From an uncultured Planctomycetia bacterium (GTDB taxonomy: Bacteria; Planctomycetota; CAYHQZ01), in the NCBI GenBank assembly GCA_964358555.1, contig CAYHQZ010000004.1:1-39196 (forward strand): DNA of 39,196 nucleotides, written 5' to 3'. Below the pieces are notes generated by a model, which saw only the letters and a list, made by a program, of their open reading frames with translations, did no database searches and was not told the origin of the DNA. The translations under genes and the position numbers were made by a program. The first letter of the stretch is position 1. The number at the start of each line of letters is the position of its first letter. Below are positions 23,264-32,782 of the stretch, in pieces.

Positions 23264-25683
23264 GGCCCCGCCTTCCCTTCGGCGGCCGGGAGTTCGCGCG
23301 AGGACTCGAAGATCACCGTATCCAGCGGATCGGCGGGGTCCTCCTCGAGGCCGAGGGCGCGGAACGCGTCGAGGGGAAGGCGGCGGCGGACGCCCTTCAG
23401 GGCGAGGCGGACGGGCCCCGGCGGGGCCTGGAAGGAGAACCGAAGCGTTCGTTGCGCGCCGGCCGCCAGCCGCTCGTCCTCGCCGCCGGCTGCGACCGCC
23501 TGCCAGGGCCAGACCACGCCGCCCTCGCCTTTCGTCCCGGCGAGGCGGCGCTCGAAGAGGACCCCCGCCTCGAGCGCCCACTCCCCCTTCTCGAAACGGT
23601 TCGCCGCCCCGCCGCTCGCCGTCCCCGCGGCGGATCCGAGCGCCGGCCCCGATGATAGCGGAATCGGCCGGCCGTCGGCGCCGACCGCCCGCAGCGCGAA
23701 GATCACCTGGCGGAGGGGGAACCCGGAGGGGACCGCGTGTCCCGTCTTGTCGTTCTTGATCGTGACCTCGACGGAGATCTCCGCGCCCGCGCGCTCTGCC
23801 TTCCAGTCCACGGCAAGACCCGGCAGCAATCCGGGACCGGCGAACCGGTGGGAATGGTTCGGCGGGCGCGGGAACCGGGGCATGCAGCGGTAGATGATCG
23901 ACGTCGGCGGCCCCTCGACCGGCGGCAGGTGGCACTCCTGGCAGGTGCGCGACGCGGGGCCGGGCTTCGCGAAGTCCGAGGCCTTCCAGGCGTCGTAGGT
24001 GTCGTCGAGGACGAGGCCGTCGTCTCGCTTCTCCTGATGGCAGCCGGCGCAAAGCAGGCTGTCCTTGAACAGCGGGTTGTAGGAGGCCCCCATCCAGGGG
24101 AACGTCGCGTCCTGGAGCGGGCTCATCGTGAGCTTCACCCTTCCTGGCGGATCCTTGCCGGCGGAGCCCGGCCGGACGACCTTGAGCGATCCGAGAAGCC
24201 CCGACCGGTCCGGGTCGGAAACATCGTCGATCTTGTGGCAGAAGTCGCAGTGGTTGCCGTCGGCCGAGGAGGGGATTTTCTTCAGGTCGGCCGGCGCCCA
24301 GGACGCCTCCCCGCCCTCCCACCGGGCGGGCTTCCCGCCCTCCGCCGGCGCCGCGGCCGCCGTCTCGATCGCGGCGGCGGGCACGTGGCAGACGGCGCAC
24401 GCGGCGCTGCCCGGCGAGGCCCTCCCGGCGGCGCGGTCCTTCCGGAACAGGCCCTCGTCGAGCCGCCGCACCCAGGCGTTCGCCGAGGCGCGCGCGTGGC
24501 GGGACTGGTTCCACTCGCCGTATCGCTCGGTGTGGCAGTAGCCGCAGCGGAAGTTCGTGATGCCGTCCCCCCGAGGGTCCTCGTGGTAGGGAATCGGATG
24601 CGGGGAGATGAAGGTATAGGCCTTCTGATCCCGCCGGACGGGCCGAAGCAGCAATTCGGCCTTCTCCGTGTCGGCGGGCAGCAGCGGCAAGACGTCGGTG
24701 TAGTAGCCCTTCTTCGCGGCGCAGAGCAGGAAGAGGTCCGCGTAGCGGCCATCGGGCGAGGGCAAATCGAACGAGAACGCCCCGCCCTTCCCGCTTTTTG
24801 CGAGCAGCCCCTGCGGACCCTTGAGCCGGATGTCCGCGCCCTCGACGCCCGCGCCCTCCGCGTCCCGGACGAATCCCCGGAACCGCAGGGGCGTCCGGAC
24901 GGGCTTGGGCAGCCGCCAGGAGAAGCGGGCCGTCTCGAGGAGCGAATTCCGGATCCGATCCTGGGTCTTGTGGAACGCCGGGTCGTTGGCCTCCTTGAGG
25001 CCCGCCACGCGGATCCCGATGTCCGTGTAGATGTCCGGGTAGTGGATGAACATCATCCCGTCGCTCCGGAGAAGATCCACGTGGTAGACGTGGAAATACC
25101 GGAACAGGAAGTGGTCGCGCTTGGGCACGTCGGCGGGGATCGCGTTCCAGGGATCGTCCTTCGAGACGAACCGCAGGATCGCCCAGCCCTCCGAGCACGG
25201 CGAGTTCGAGATCTGGAGGGTCCGGGGGTCCGGGGATCGATCCGCCACGAACAGCTTCTGCCCGCCGCGCTTCTCGTCCTTCTGCCAGAGGATGTCGGGG
25301 TTGAGGCAGCCCCAGTAGAGGATGACCTCGCGGCCCCGCGGGGCCCCCCAGCCGGTCCCCTCCCAGCGCGTCCCGTCGACGTCGTATCCGGTGGACTGGC
25401 GCAGGAACGTGCGGCCGCCCGCGCCGGCTTCGAGTTGGATCCGCATCTGGGCGACCGCCAGGGACACCGTCCACTGGCCGGTCGGATTGAAGGGCGGAAC
25501 GGTCCGCAGGTCCGGCATCGGGGCGGGCGGGACGGCGGGCGCCGCGGGCGCGCCGGGCGGCGGCGGCGGCGCCGGGGGCGTCGGGGAATGGCCGCGCAAC
25601 GCGTCGAACACGGGCGCGGCCGCCCCCAGCCCGAAGAGGACGGCGAAGACCGCCGCGAGCCGGACGGAACGGAAGCGGCTCAT
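23260..25683 (-). CDS. Pentaheme cytochrome c (c554-like) with a carboxypeptidase-regulatory-like domain and an unknown N-terminal domain (807 aa)
   Basis: ATG 25683 (ATGA overlap), signal peptide, Pro-rich linker, G.VRDAEG.GVEGADI beta-sandwich motif. Hemes: CGYCH..YGEWNQSRHA, CAVCH, CDFCH, CAGCH, CQECH. C-terminal GHAVPSG..LRQV. Confidence 0.85.
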   Translation of the reverse strand: MSRFRSVRLAAVFAVLFGLGAAAPVFDALRGHSPTPPAPPPPPGAPAAPAVPPAPMPDLRTVPPFNPTGQWTVSLAVAQMRIQLEAGAGGRTFLRQSTGYDVDGTRWEGTGWGAPRGREVILYWGCLNPDILWQKDEKRGGQKLFVADRSPDPRTLQISNSPCSEGWAILRFVSKDDPWNAIPADVPKRDHFLFRYFHVYHVDLLRSDGMMFIHYPDIYTDIGIRVAGLKEANDPAFHKTQDRIRNSLLETARFSWRLPKPVRTPLRFRGFVRDAEGAGVEGADIRLKGPQGLLAKSGKGGAFSFDLPSPDGRYADLFLLCAAKKGYYTDVLPLLPADTEKAELLLRPVRRDQKAYTFISPHPIPYHEDPRGDGITNFRCGYCHTERYGEWNQSRHARASANAWVRRLDEGLFRKDRAAGRASPGSAACAVCHVPAAAIETAAAAPAEGGKPARWEGGEASWAPADLKKIPSSADGNHCDFCHKIDDVSDPDRSGLLGSLKVVRPGSAGKDPPGRVKLTMSPLQDATFPWMGASYNPLFKDSLLCAGCHQEKRDDGLVLDDTYDAWKASDFAKPGPASRTCQECHLPPVEGPPTSIIYRCMPRFPRPPNHSHRFAGPGLLPGLAVDWKAERAGAEISVEVTIKNDKTGHAVPSGFPLRQVIFALRAVGADGRPIPLSSGPALGSAAGTASGGAANRFEKGEWALEAGVLFERRLAGTKGEGGVVWPWQAVAAGGEDERLAAGAQRTLRFSFQAPPGPVRLALKGVRRRLPLDAFRALGLEEDPADPLDTVIFESSRELPAAEGKAGP

Positions 25684-28001
25684 GCCTTCTTCCTCCGCCG
25701 GCGGCCGACCACCAAGACGAGCCCGAGGACGGCGCAGGACGCGATCAGGGCGAAGACGACCTCGCTCGGAGCGTCCCGCGCGGTCCGGACCTTCAGCAGA
25801 TTTGAAATCTCGGCGGCGTTGAGGGGCCGCGCGCCCTCGACCCAGGATTCGGCGGCGGGCTCGTATCCCTGCGGGCCGCGCCGGACGAACGCGTCGAGGT
25901 CCACGAACGTCTTCTCCTGGGCGCCGGCGGCGCGCAGCGCCCCCGAGGCGATCCCGGCGGCGGCCGGATTGCCGTGGCAGGAACCGCAGGCGCGGGCCTG
26001 GCGGCGGATCCCGTGGGGCGTGAACGGCCGAAACGAGCGCGGACGCCCGGAGGCCGATCGCAGCGAAGCGCCCTGCTCCGCCGCGTTTCCGTCCCGATCG
26101 ATCCGGGTCAGCCGAATCTCGGGCCCGGGCCGGATGGGCGAGATCCGCCCGCGCGCGTTCACGCCGAGGGACGGCGCGCCTTGGATCTCCCGGATGGTTT
26201 CGGTCAGGATCCGCCCCGGCTTCAGCGGCCAGACGCCGCGGGCGGGGATCTCGAGTAGGTCTTGGGTCAGCCGGAAGGGGACGTGGTCCAGGCGCCACCT
26301 GAATCGGCTCTTCTCCAGGAGCGTTGCGTCCGGGCCGTAATCCTCGAGCACGCGCAGGCCGTAGGCGAGGGAGGCTTCGGGGGCGTGGCAGGCGTAGCAC
26401 TCGAGGCGCTCGTGGCGGGCGATCCGGTGGGCCTCGGGCCCGGCGGCAGCGCCGCGCCGCTCGGAGGGCAGCGGGATGGTCTTTTCCGATCCCGCCCACG
26501 TTTTCAGCCTCCAGCCCACGGGCTTCTTCGAAAGGCCGGGGAACGGCCGGCCCTTAGCGTCGTTGCCGTCGGGCCCCTGCGCAAGCGTCCCGTGGCAGGT
26601 CTCGCAGCGGACGGAAACGCCGTCGCCCGCGTGCCGCCCGATGGTGCCGTCGCCGTGGAGATCGCTTCCCCGGTGGCAGTCGATGCAGGACATCCCCTTC
26701 TCGAAATGGACGCTGGGCGGGGTCTCGGCCCAGGCGGAGCCGTAGATCCGCCGGAATGCCGGCGCCTCCGGAAGCACCTGCGAGGCCGGGGCCGCGCGGA
26801 CGCGGCCGACGAAATCGGGGCCCACGCCGAACGGGCAGTGATGGCAGGCGAGGCAGGCGTCGGTCCGGACCTTCGTCACGATCCGGTGCCGGCGGGGATG
26901 GACCGTGAACGCCTCCGTCAGCGACCGCTCGCGATCGCGAAGCGCGGTCCGGAGGAGCCGCGCGACGGGGTCGGTGTTGGCGAATCGCCCCTCGGGGGTC
27001 CGCGCCTGGATCGTCTCGAGGGAGGAAACCCGCTCATGCCAGGGCACGGTCTCGTCGCCGGATTCCGCCAGGCCCGTCTCGTGGTACTCGAAATGACAGG
27101 CGGCGCAGCCCGCGCCGCGGGCGGTCCCGAAGGGCATCTGGAAATAGGACGGGTCCCCGGGCGGAAGCGGAGGCGAAGGCGCCGGATTCCGGCGCTCGAA
27201 CTCCGCGCGCTCCGCGGGCGCAAGCGGCTTGCCCCGGCGGGCCTCCTCGGCCCGGACCCGCCGCTCCATCTGCTCCCGCTCGCCGCGCTCCCGGATTCCC
27301 CGGTAATACTCGTGGGCGGCGCCGTCGACGGAAAACCCCGCGTGGCAGGAGAGGCACTCGAGACGGAGGAGCGCGTCGGGGCCGCCCTCCGGGATCCGGG
27401 CCGCGGCGAGGGATTCCAGCGCGCGGGCGGGGCGATCCTTCGGGGTGTTCTCCTCGCGAATCGGGAAGGGAAGGGCGGAGGCGGGCGCCAGATTCTCGCC
27501 GCGCGCGCCGTAGGCGTGCCGGACCCCCCGGATGACGCCGGCGGCCGTCGCGTGGAGCGACCGGAGGTGGTTGGCCACGACCTGGCCGTGGGCGTGGCAG
27601 GCCCCGCAGGTCGTCTTCACCACCGACGGATCCCCGGGGTCGCGGATAAGTTCGCGGTGCGCCGAATCGATCGCCGGGCGAAGGACGCCCTGCAACTCCC
27701 GCTCGGCCGCGACGCGCCGGCTGCTAAAGAGCGTCTTTGAATTGAAATCCCGGGCCTCGAGGAGCGCTTTCTCGATTTCCTGGACCCTGGCACGGAGTTC
27801 GAGAACCGCCGAAGGCAGGCCGGCGGCGGGATCGCCGCGGTGGCAGGAGACGCAGGAGGGATGCGAGGGATGCCCGCCTGGATTCGCGTCCACCGCGTCC
27901 AGGCCCTTGTGGCATTCGAGGCAGCCCTCGGGCTTTGCGGAGGGAGCCGCCGCGGCGGCAAGGATCCCGGCGAAAATCGGCAAAGCAGCGGCCAGGCGCA
28001 T
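25680..28001 (-). CDS. Decaheme cytochrome c with C-terminal membrane anchor (773 aa)
   Basis: Signal peptide and 10 CxxCH: CLECH, CVSCH, CGACH, CLSCH, CAACH, CLACH, CIDCH, CETCH, CYACH, CGSCH. Ends with a TM helix followed by RRRRKK. Confidence 0.88.
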   Translation of the reverse strand: MRLAAALPIFAGILAAAAAPSAKPEGCLECHKGLDAVDANPGGHPSHPSCVSCHRGDPAAGLPSAVLELRARVQEIEKALLEARDFNSKTLFSSRRVAAERELQGVLRPAIDSAHRELIRDPGDPSVVKTTCGACHAHGQVVANHLRSLHATAAGVIRGVRHAYGARGENLAPASALPFPIREENTPKDRPARALESLAAARIPEGGPDALLRLECLSCHAGFSVDGAAHEYYRGIRERGEREQMERRVRAEEARRGKPLAPAERAEFERRNPAPSPPLPPGDPSYFQMPFGTARGAGCAACHFEYHETGLAESGDETVPWHERVSSLETIQARTPEGRFANTDPVARLLRTALRDRERSLTEAFTVHPRRHRIVTKVRTDACLACHHCPFGVGPDFVGRVRAAPASQVLPEAPAFRRIYGSAWAETPPSVHFEKGMSCIDCHRGSDLHGDGTIGRHAGDGVSVRCETCHGTLAQGPDGNDAKGRPFPGLSKKPVGWRLKTWAGSEKTIPLPSERRGAAAGPEAHRIARHERLECYACHAPEASLAYGLRVLEDYGPDATLLEKSRFRWRLDHVPFRLTQDLLEIPARGVWPLKPGRILTETIREIQGAPSLGVNARGRISPIRPGPEIRLTRIDRDGNAAEQGASLRSASGRPRSFRPFTPHGIRRQARACGSCHGNPAAAGIASGALRAAGAQEKTFVDLDAFVRRGPQGYEPAAESWVEGARPLNAAEISNLLKVRTARDAPSEVVFALIASCAVLGLVLVVGRRRRKKA

Positions 28002-28051
28002 GTTCCCCCGTAGTCTAGACCCCGCATACGGGAATGGGTTACGGTTCTTCC

Positions 28052-28801
28052 ATGGACCTGAAAGGCCGTCTCGCCCTCGTCACCGGGGGGGGCGTCCGCG
28101 TGGGCCGGGCGATTTCCCTCGCCCTCGCCGCGAAGGGCGCGCGCCTCGCCGTCCACTACCGAGCCTCCCGAGCCGAGGCCGAATCCGCGGCGGCCGAGAT
28201 CCGGAAGGCCGGCGGCGAGGCCGTGTTGCTCCAGGCCGATCTTTCGAGGATGGAGGACGTCGAGCGGCTCGCCTCGGAAGCCGAACGGACGGCGGGCGGC
28301 GTGGACGTCCTCGTGAACTCGGCCTCCGCCTTCTTCCGCACGCCCGTCGAGGCGATCACGGAGGCCGACTGGGACGCCCTCCTCGACGGAAACCTCAAGG
28401 GCCCCTTTTTCCTCGCCCGCCGCCTGGGCCTGGCGATGCGCGCCCGGGGCCGCGGCAAGATCGTGAACATCACCGACTGGGCGGCCGAGCGGCCCTATCC
28501 GTCGTACCTTCCCTACTGCATCTCGAAGGCCGGCCTCGCCGCGGCGACGAAGGGCCTGGCGCGCGCGCTCGCGCCTTCCGTCCAGGTAAACGCCGTGGCC
28601 CCCGGCCCGATCCTGCCCCCGCCCGGCATGAGCGAATCCGAGCGGGCCGAGGTGGCGAGCGGCACCCTGCTTGGCCGCTGGGGCTCGCCTTCCGACATCG
28701 CCGCCGCCGTGGCCTTCCTCTGCGAAAGCGACTACATCACCGGCGAGACCCTCACGATCGACGGCGGCCGATCCCTCGCCGGCCCGGCGGGGACGTCGTA
28801 G
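28052..28801 (+). CDS. Short-chain dehydrogenase/reductase, pteridine reductase (PTR1/FolM)-like
   Basis: TGGGVRVG, VHYRAS, VNSASAF, NITDW, YCISK, VNAVAPG, TGETLTIDGGR. Alternative start at 28034. Confidence 0.85.
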   Translation: MDLKGRLALVTGGGVRVGRAISLALAAKGARLAVHYRASRAEAESAAAEIRKAGGEAVLLQADLSRMEDVERLASEAERTAGGVDVLVNSASAFFRTPVEAITEADWDALLDGNLKGPFFLARRLGLAMRARGRGKIVNITDWAAERPYPSYLPYCISKAGLAAATKGLARALAPSVQVNAVAPGPILPPPGMSESERAEVASGTLLGRWGSPSDIAAAVAFLCESDYITGETLTIDGGRSLAGPAGTS

Positions 28802-28810
28802 CCCCGCGCG

Positions 28811-30247
28811 TTACGGCTCCCGCTCCCTCGGCGGGGCCTCGCCGAAGAAGGACTGCAGGATTTCGCGCCACCCCCCCTTCTCGACCTCGCGCGCCTCGCG
28901 GATCGCCCGGAGGAAGAAGACCGTAACGAGGAGGCGCAAGAGCCCCGAGAGGATGAAGAGGACCTGCAGGGGCGAGACAAGCGGCAGGACCGCGAGGCCG
29001 AAGAACTCGATGCTGCAGGGAAGACGCGGGGCGAGCCAGCCGCCGGCCACGCCGCCCAGGAGGACCGCGAAGGCGACGAGGGTGTTGTAGTAGGCAACGC
29101 ACCGGACGCGCTTGGCGGGCGTCACGGCGTCGAAGAAGAAGTTGAACGACGCGAGGCTGAATCCCGCCCACATCGACCCGCCGAGCACCTGGAACGCGAC
29201 GAGGTAGGGATACCACGTGGAGAGCGACCAGAACGTCGGGAGGAACGAGATCAGGAGGCTCGTGACGACGAGGATCCGGCGGTTTCCGTAGCGATCGCCG
29301 ATCCGCCCCCACGCAGGCAGCGTGAGGACCTGGAAGAGAACGAACGTGGCGCCGATCGCCGTGTATTCCATGTAGGACAGCCCGAGATCGCGGAGCATGA
29401 ACGGCGCGAAGAACGGCCCCGCGAGGCCCGTCGTCGAGAGGAAGAGCGCCTGGAAGATCGCGAACCGCCCGAAGTTGCTCTTCGGCGTGCGCCGGAGGAA
29501 TTGCAGGAACGTGAACCGTTCCTCCTCCGCGAGCGGCTGGGGGGGCGGCTCGTCCATCTTCCGGAGATAGCGGACGGAGAAGAGCCGGGCGACGAGGGCG
29601 ACGCCGAAGACGGCGGCGAACCCCCACCCCACGGCGCCCCAGGACCTCGTCTGGTCCAAGAGCCTTCCCGCCGCGAGCATCGCGGCCAGCTGGAAGATGA
29701 GACGGAAGCGGTCCCGGCGGGCGAAATATACCCCCCGGCCGTCGGGCGGCACCACGTCCCCCATCCAGGAGTTCCAGGCGGGCACCACGAATCCGCCGAG
29801 CGAAAAGTAGACGAGCGCGCAGGCGAGGAGGAGCAGCGGCGCCTCGCGGGCATATCCGAAATGGAGCGCCGCGAGCGGGAGCGCCGCGAGGGGCACCCAG
29901 ACGAGCGCCTGGATGAAGACGGGGACGGTCACGAAGAGCTTCCGCCGCCGCGAGCTGCCCAGGAGCCGGACGGCCGCGATCTGGATGAGCGAGCCCAGCC
30001 AGTTCGGAAGCGTCGTAAGAAGGCCGAGGAGCATGTCGTCGGCCTTCAGGAAAATCGCGAACGGGGAGAGGCTCGCCTCCCCCGTCCCGAGCATGACGGC
30101 GTGGGCGCAGCCGTCCTTCACGGAGTATTTCAGGCTCGAGGACGCCTGTTCCGGCGAAAGGGCAGACGGCGACGGGACGGCCGGCGCATCCGGGGGCGAG
30201 GGCGGCGGCGCCACCTCGTCCGGCTTGGATTCCGTCCCGTCGGGCAT
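28811..30247 (-). CDS. MFS transporter
   Basis: About 12 hydrophobic helices, PAWNSWMGDVVP..GRG.YFARR and WGRIGDRYGNRR. Start set at ATG 30247. Confidence 0.88.
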   Translation of the reverse strand: MPDGTESKPDEVAPPPSPPDAPAVPSPSALSPEQASSSLKYSVKDGCAHAVMLGTGEASLSPFAIFLKADDMLLGLLTTLPNWLGSLIQIAAVRLLGSSRRRKLFVTVPVFIQALVWVPLAALPLAALHFGYAREAPLLLLACALVYFSLGGFVVPAWNSWMGDVVPPDGRGVYFARRDRFRLIFQLAAMLAAGRLLDQTRSWGAVGWGFAAVFGVALVARLFSVRYLRKMDEPPPQPLAEEERFTFLQFLRRTPKSNFGRFAIFQALFLSTTGLAGPFFAPFMLRDLGLSYMEYTAIGATFVLFQVLTLPAWGRIGDRYGNRRILVVTSLLISFLPTFWSLSTWYPYLVAFQVLGGSMWAGFSLASFNFFFDAVTPAKRVRCVAYYNTLVAFAVLLGGVAGGWLAPRLPCSIEFFGLAVLPLVSPLQVLFILSGLLRLLVTVFFLRAIREAREVEKGGWREILQSFFGEAPPREREP

Positions 30248-30257
30248 CAAGCGGAGT

Positions 30258-31217
30258 CTACCCCGCCGCCTCGACGAGGGCGTCGGCGAGCCGGATGAGT
30301 TCGCCCTCGCGGACAATCCGCCCGCTCCCGACGGGCCACTCGCCGTGCACGCGCTCGCGCCAGCCGGCCGGAATGGAAAATCTTCCGTAGGCCGCGCCCG
30401 CAAACGCGCCGGCCATCGTGGAGGCGGTGTCGGCGTCGTTGCCGAGGTTGCCGACCTTCACGATCGCCTCCGTGAACGACAAGGACGTCCGGAAGCCCCA
30501 GACGGCGCTTTCGATCGTGTGGCGGACCCAGCCGGTGTTCGGGAAGTCCGACGGCTGACGGGTCGAGGCCTTCTCGATCGCCTCGCGAAGTTCCGACGGC
30601 AGGTCGGAAACGTCGGAAAGCCCCGCGTCCACCGCCTCGGCGGGGCTGTCCCCCTGGAGGGCATGCCACAGGACCGATCCCGCGAACGTGCAGGCCGCGT
30701 CACATTCGGGGTGCGCGTGGGTCACGCGCCCCTGGAGCCGGCAGGCCTCGAGACAGGCCGAAAGATTCCCGGCGTTCGCCAGGACCGCCGGGACGACGCG
30801 CATGACGGAGCCGTTGCCCGCCCAGGCGGGGCTGTCCTGGTGGACGGACTCGGCCGCGATCCTCCAGTCCTCGCCCTTGGCGATCCGCGAGAGGACCTTC
30901 GCGGTGTGCAGGCCCATGTCGGGCGGCCGCGATCGGAACCAGTCCGCGAAGCGCTTCGCGATCTCGTCGGGGTCCAACGGATTCTTCGCGAGGATCCCGT
31001 CGGCGAGCGCAAGCGTCATCTCGGTATCGTCCGTGAAGTGCCCGGCCGGCAGGCGCCCCGGCTCGAAGTCGTCCACGGGCCGGTCGTAGGTGCGCGGGGC
31101 GGCGAACTCGAGCGGCATCCCGAAGGCGTCGCCCACCGCCGCGCCCACCAGGCATCCCCGGGCGCGATCGAGGAGGCTCCCCGGCAGCGGCTCGGCGTCC
31201 TCGCGTTTCCCTTTCAT
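30258..31217 (-). CDS. ADP-ribosylglycohydrolase (DraG/ARH family)
   Basis: GAAVGDAFGMPLEF, FTDDTEM, AGNGSVMR, THAHP, GNDADT. Purine-rich SD before ATG 31217. Confidence 0.9.
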   Translation of the reverse strand: MKGKREDAEPLPGSLLDRARGCLVGAAVGDAFGMPLEFAAPRTYDRPVDDFEPGRLPAGHFTDDTEMTLALADGILAKNPLDPDEIAKRFADWFRSRPPDMGLHTAKVLSRIAKGEDWRIAAESVHQDSPAWAGNGSVMRVVPAVLANAGNLSACLEACRLQGRVTHAHPECDAACTFAGSVLWHALQGDSPAEAVDAGLSDVSDLPSELREAIEKASTRQPSDFPNTGWVRHTIESAVWGFRTSLSFTEAIVKVGNLGNDADTASTMAGAFAGAAYGRFSIPAGWRERVHGEWPVGSGRIVREGELIRLADALVEAAG

Positions 31218-31290
31218 CTCTCTCTTCCCTCTTCCTGATTCTCGCCCCCCCGAAGCGGACCGTCCAGGGCGGGGCGTTACACTCCGCGCC

Positions 31291-32550
31291 ATGATGGAAA
31301 GAACCCCGGCCGGACGCGATCCCGCGGAATGCCCCCGCCTGCGCCCCATCGACGCGAAGCCCGTCCGGATCGGCGGCTCGGCGTTCGTCGAGGTCCGCGA
31401 CCCGATGGGCTACACCGACGTAGGCCTCCGGATGCCGCCGGCCGCCTTTTTCCTGGCCAACCTCTTCGACGGCGAGACGAGCCTCGAGGAGATCCAGGCC
31501 GCCTTCGCCCGCCAGTTCGGCGAGGACGTCCCGCGCTCGCAAATCCTCGATATCGCCGCGCGGCTCGACGAGGCGGGGTTCCTCGAAGGCGAGCGCTTCG
31601 AGAAGCGGAAGGCCGACGCCGTCTCGATGTTCCGGGCGATGCCCGCGCGGCTCCCCAGCCATGCGGGCCTCTGCTACAGCGAGGACCCGGACGCGCTGAA
31701 GAAGGAGCTGGACGCCTACTTCGATCCCCCGGGCGGCCCGGGCTTCCCCGACCCGCTCGCGGAGGGCGCGATTCCGCGGGGGATCATCGCCCCCCACATC
31801 GACCCGCCGCGCGGCGGGCATCTCTACGCGCGCGCCTACAAATGCGTCGCCGAGCGCGGCAGGCCCGTCCGGACGTTCGTCATTCTCGGCACAGGCCACG
31901 CGGCCCCAGGGTGCGCCTTCATCCCGACCCGCAAGGACTTCGCCAATCCCCTGGGGCTTTTGCCTATCGAGAATCGCGCCGTGGACGCCTTCGCGAACGC
32001 CATGGGCCCCGGGGCCTTCGAGCACGAGTGGCTGCACAAGTCCGAGCACTCCATCGAGTTCCAGTGCCTGTTTTTGCGCCACGCCCTCGGAGGCGATCAT
32101 CCCTTCCGGATCGTGCCCATCCTCTGCGGCTCGTTCGCGGGGATCATCGAGGAGGGCCGCGACCCCTCCGACGACGAGGACGTCACGCGCGCGATCGACG
32201 CGCTCCGCGCCGCCATCGACGCAGCCGAAAAACCCGTCTGCGTCGTCGCGGGCGTGGACCTCGCCCACATGGGCCATCGCTTCAACGACCCCGAGAGCCC
32301 GAACCCCGCCCTGCTCAAGGTCCTCGAATCCAAGGACCGCGCCACCCTGGACCGGATCGCCGCCGGCGACGCCGCCGGCTTCTACTGGGACGTCGCCCTA
32401 GAGCGCGACCGCCGCAAGATCTGCGGCCTCTCCGCCATCTACACCCTCCTGCGCCTCCTCAACGGCCCGAAGGGCAGCGTCCTCGGCTACGCCCAGGCCG
32501 TCGAAAACGACACCGAGTCCGTCGTCACCTTCGGCGCGGCGGCGTTCTGA
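31291..32550 (+). CDS. amrB: Memo-family protein (AmmeMemoRadiSam protein B) with N-terminal PqqD/RRE-like domain
   Basis: HAG.CY, IIAPHID..RGG..YA.AY, ILGTGH, EHSIEFQ..FL, DLAHMG, ICG. The N-terminal LFDGETSLEEI...LDEAGFL segment is winged-helix-like. Confidence 0.85.
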   Translation: MMERTPAGRDPAECPRLRPIDAKPVRIGGSAFVEVRDPMGYTDVGLRMPPAAFFLANLFDGETSLEEIQAAFARQFGEDVPRSQILDIAARLDEAGFLEGERFEKRKADAVSMFRAMPARLPSHAGLCYSEDPDALKKELDAYFDPPGGPGFPDPLAEGAIPRGIIAPHIDPPRGGHLYARAYKCVAERGRPVRTFVILGTGHAAPGCAFIPTRKDFANPLGLLPIENRAVDAFANAMGPGAFEHEWLHKSEHSIEFQCLFLRHALGGDHPFRIVPILCGSFAGIIEEGRDPSDDEDVTRAIDALRAAIDAAEKPVCVVAGVDLAHMGHRFNDPESPNPALLKVLESKDRATLDRIAAGDAAGFYWDVALERDRRKICGLSAIYTLLRLLNGPKGSVLGYAQAVENDTESVVTFGAAAF

Positions 32551-32782
32551 ACTCTCCCCGGCTTCCGCCAAGAGCCCAGAAACGCACCCACGTCAAGGAG
32601 TTATTTGACTGTTTTACAACGTCCCCTTTGTCCCGGGCCAAGGACGCGGCCCGGCGTGCCCACGGGGCCAGGAAACGGCCGGGGGCGGGCGCCTGTGGCT
32701 GCCTCTCGGGGCGCGCCGCGATCCCTAGCCATCCGATGACAACGGATCGCGGGCTCCGAACCCCCTCCGATCCGCTCCCTCG

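Noticed and set aside
23264-25474. 1563-aa single giant cytochrome (ORF 20783-25474) and the 1079-aa ORF (23260-26499)
   Set aside because: The N-terminal parts overlap neighbouring genes in another frame. Signal peptides and stop/start overlaps place the true starts at 23263 and 25683.
30258-31217. ADP-ribosylglycohydrolase as part of a DraT/DraG or toxin-immunity system
   Set aside because: No ADP-ribosyltransferase, nitrogenase or toxin gene is adjacent, and stand-alone ARH genes are common.
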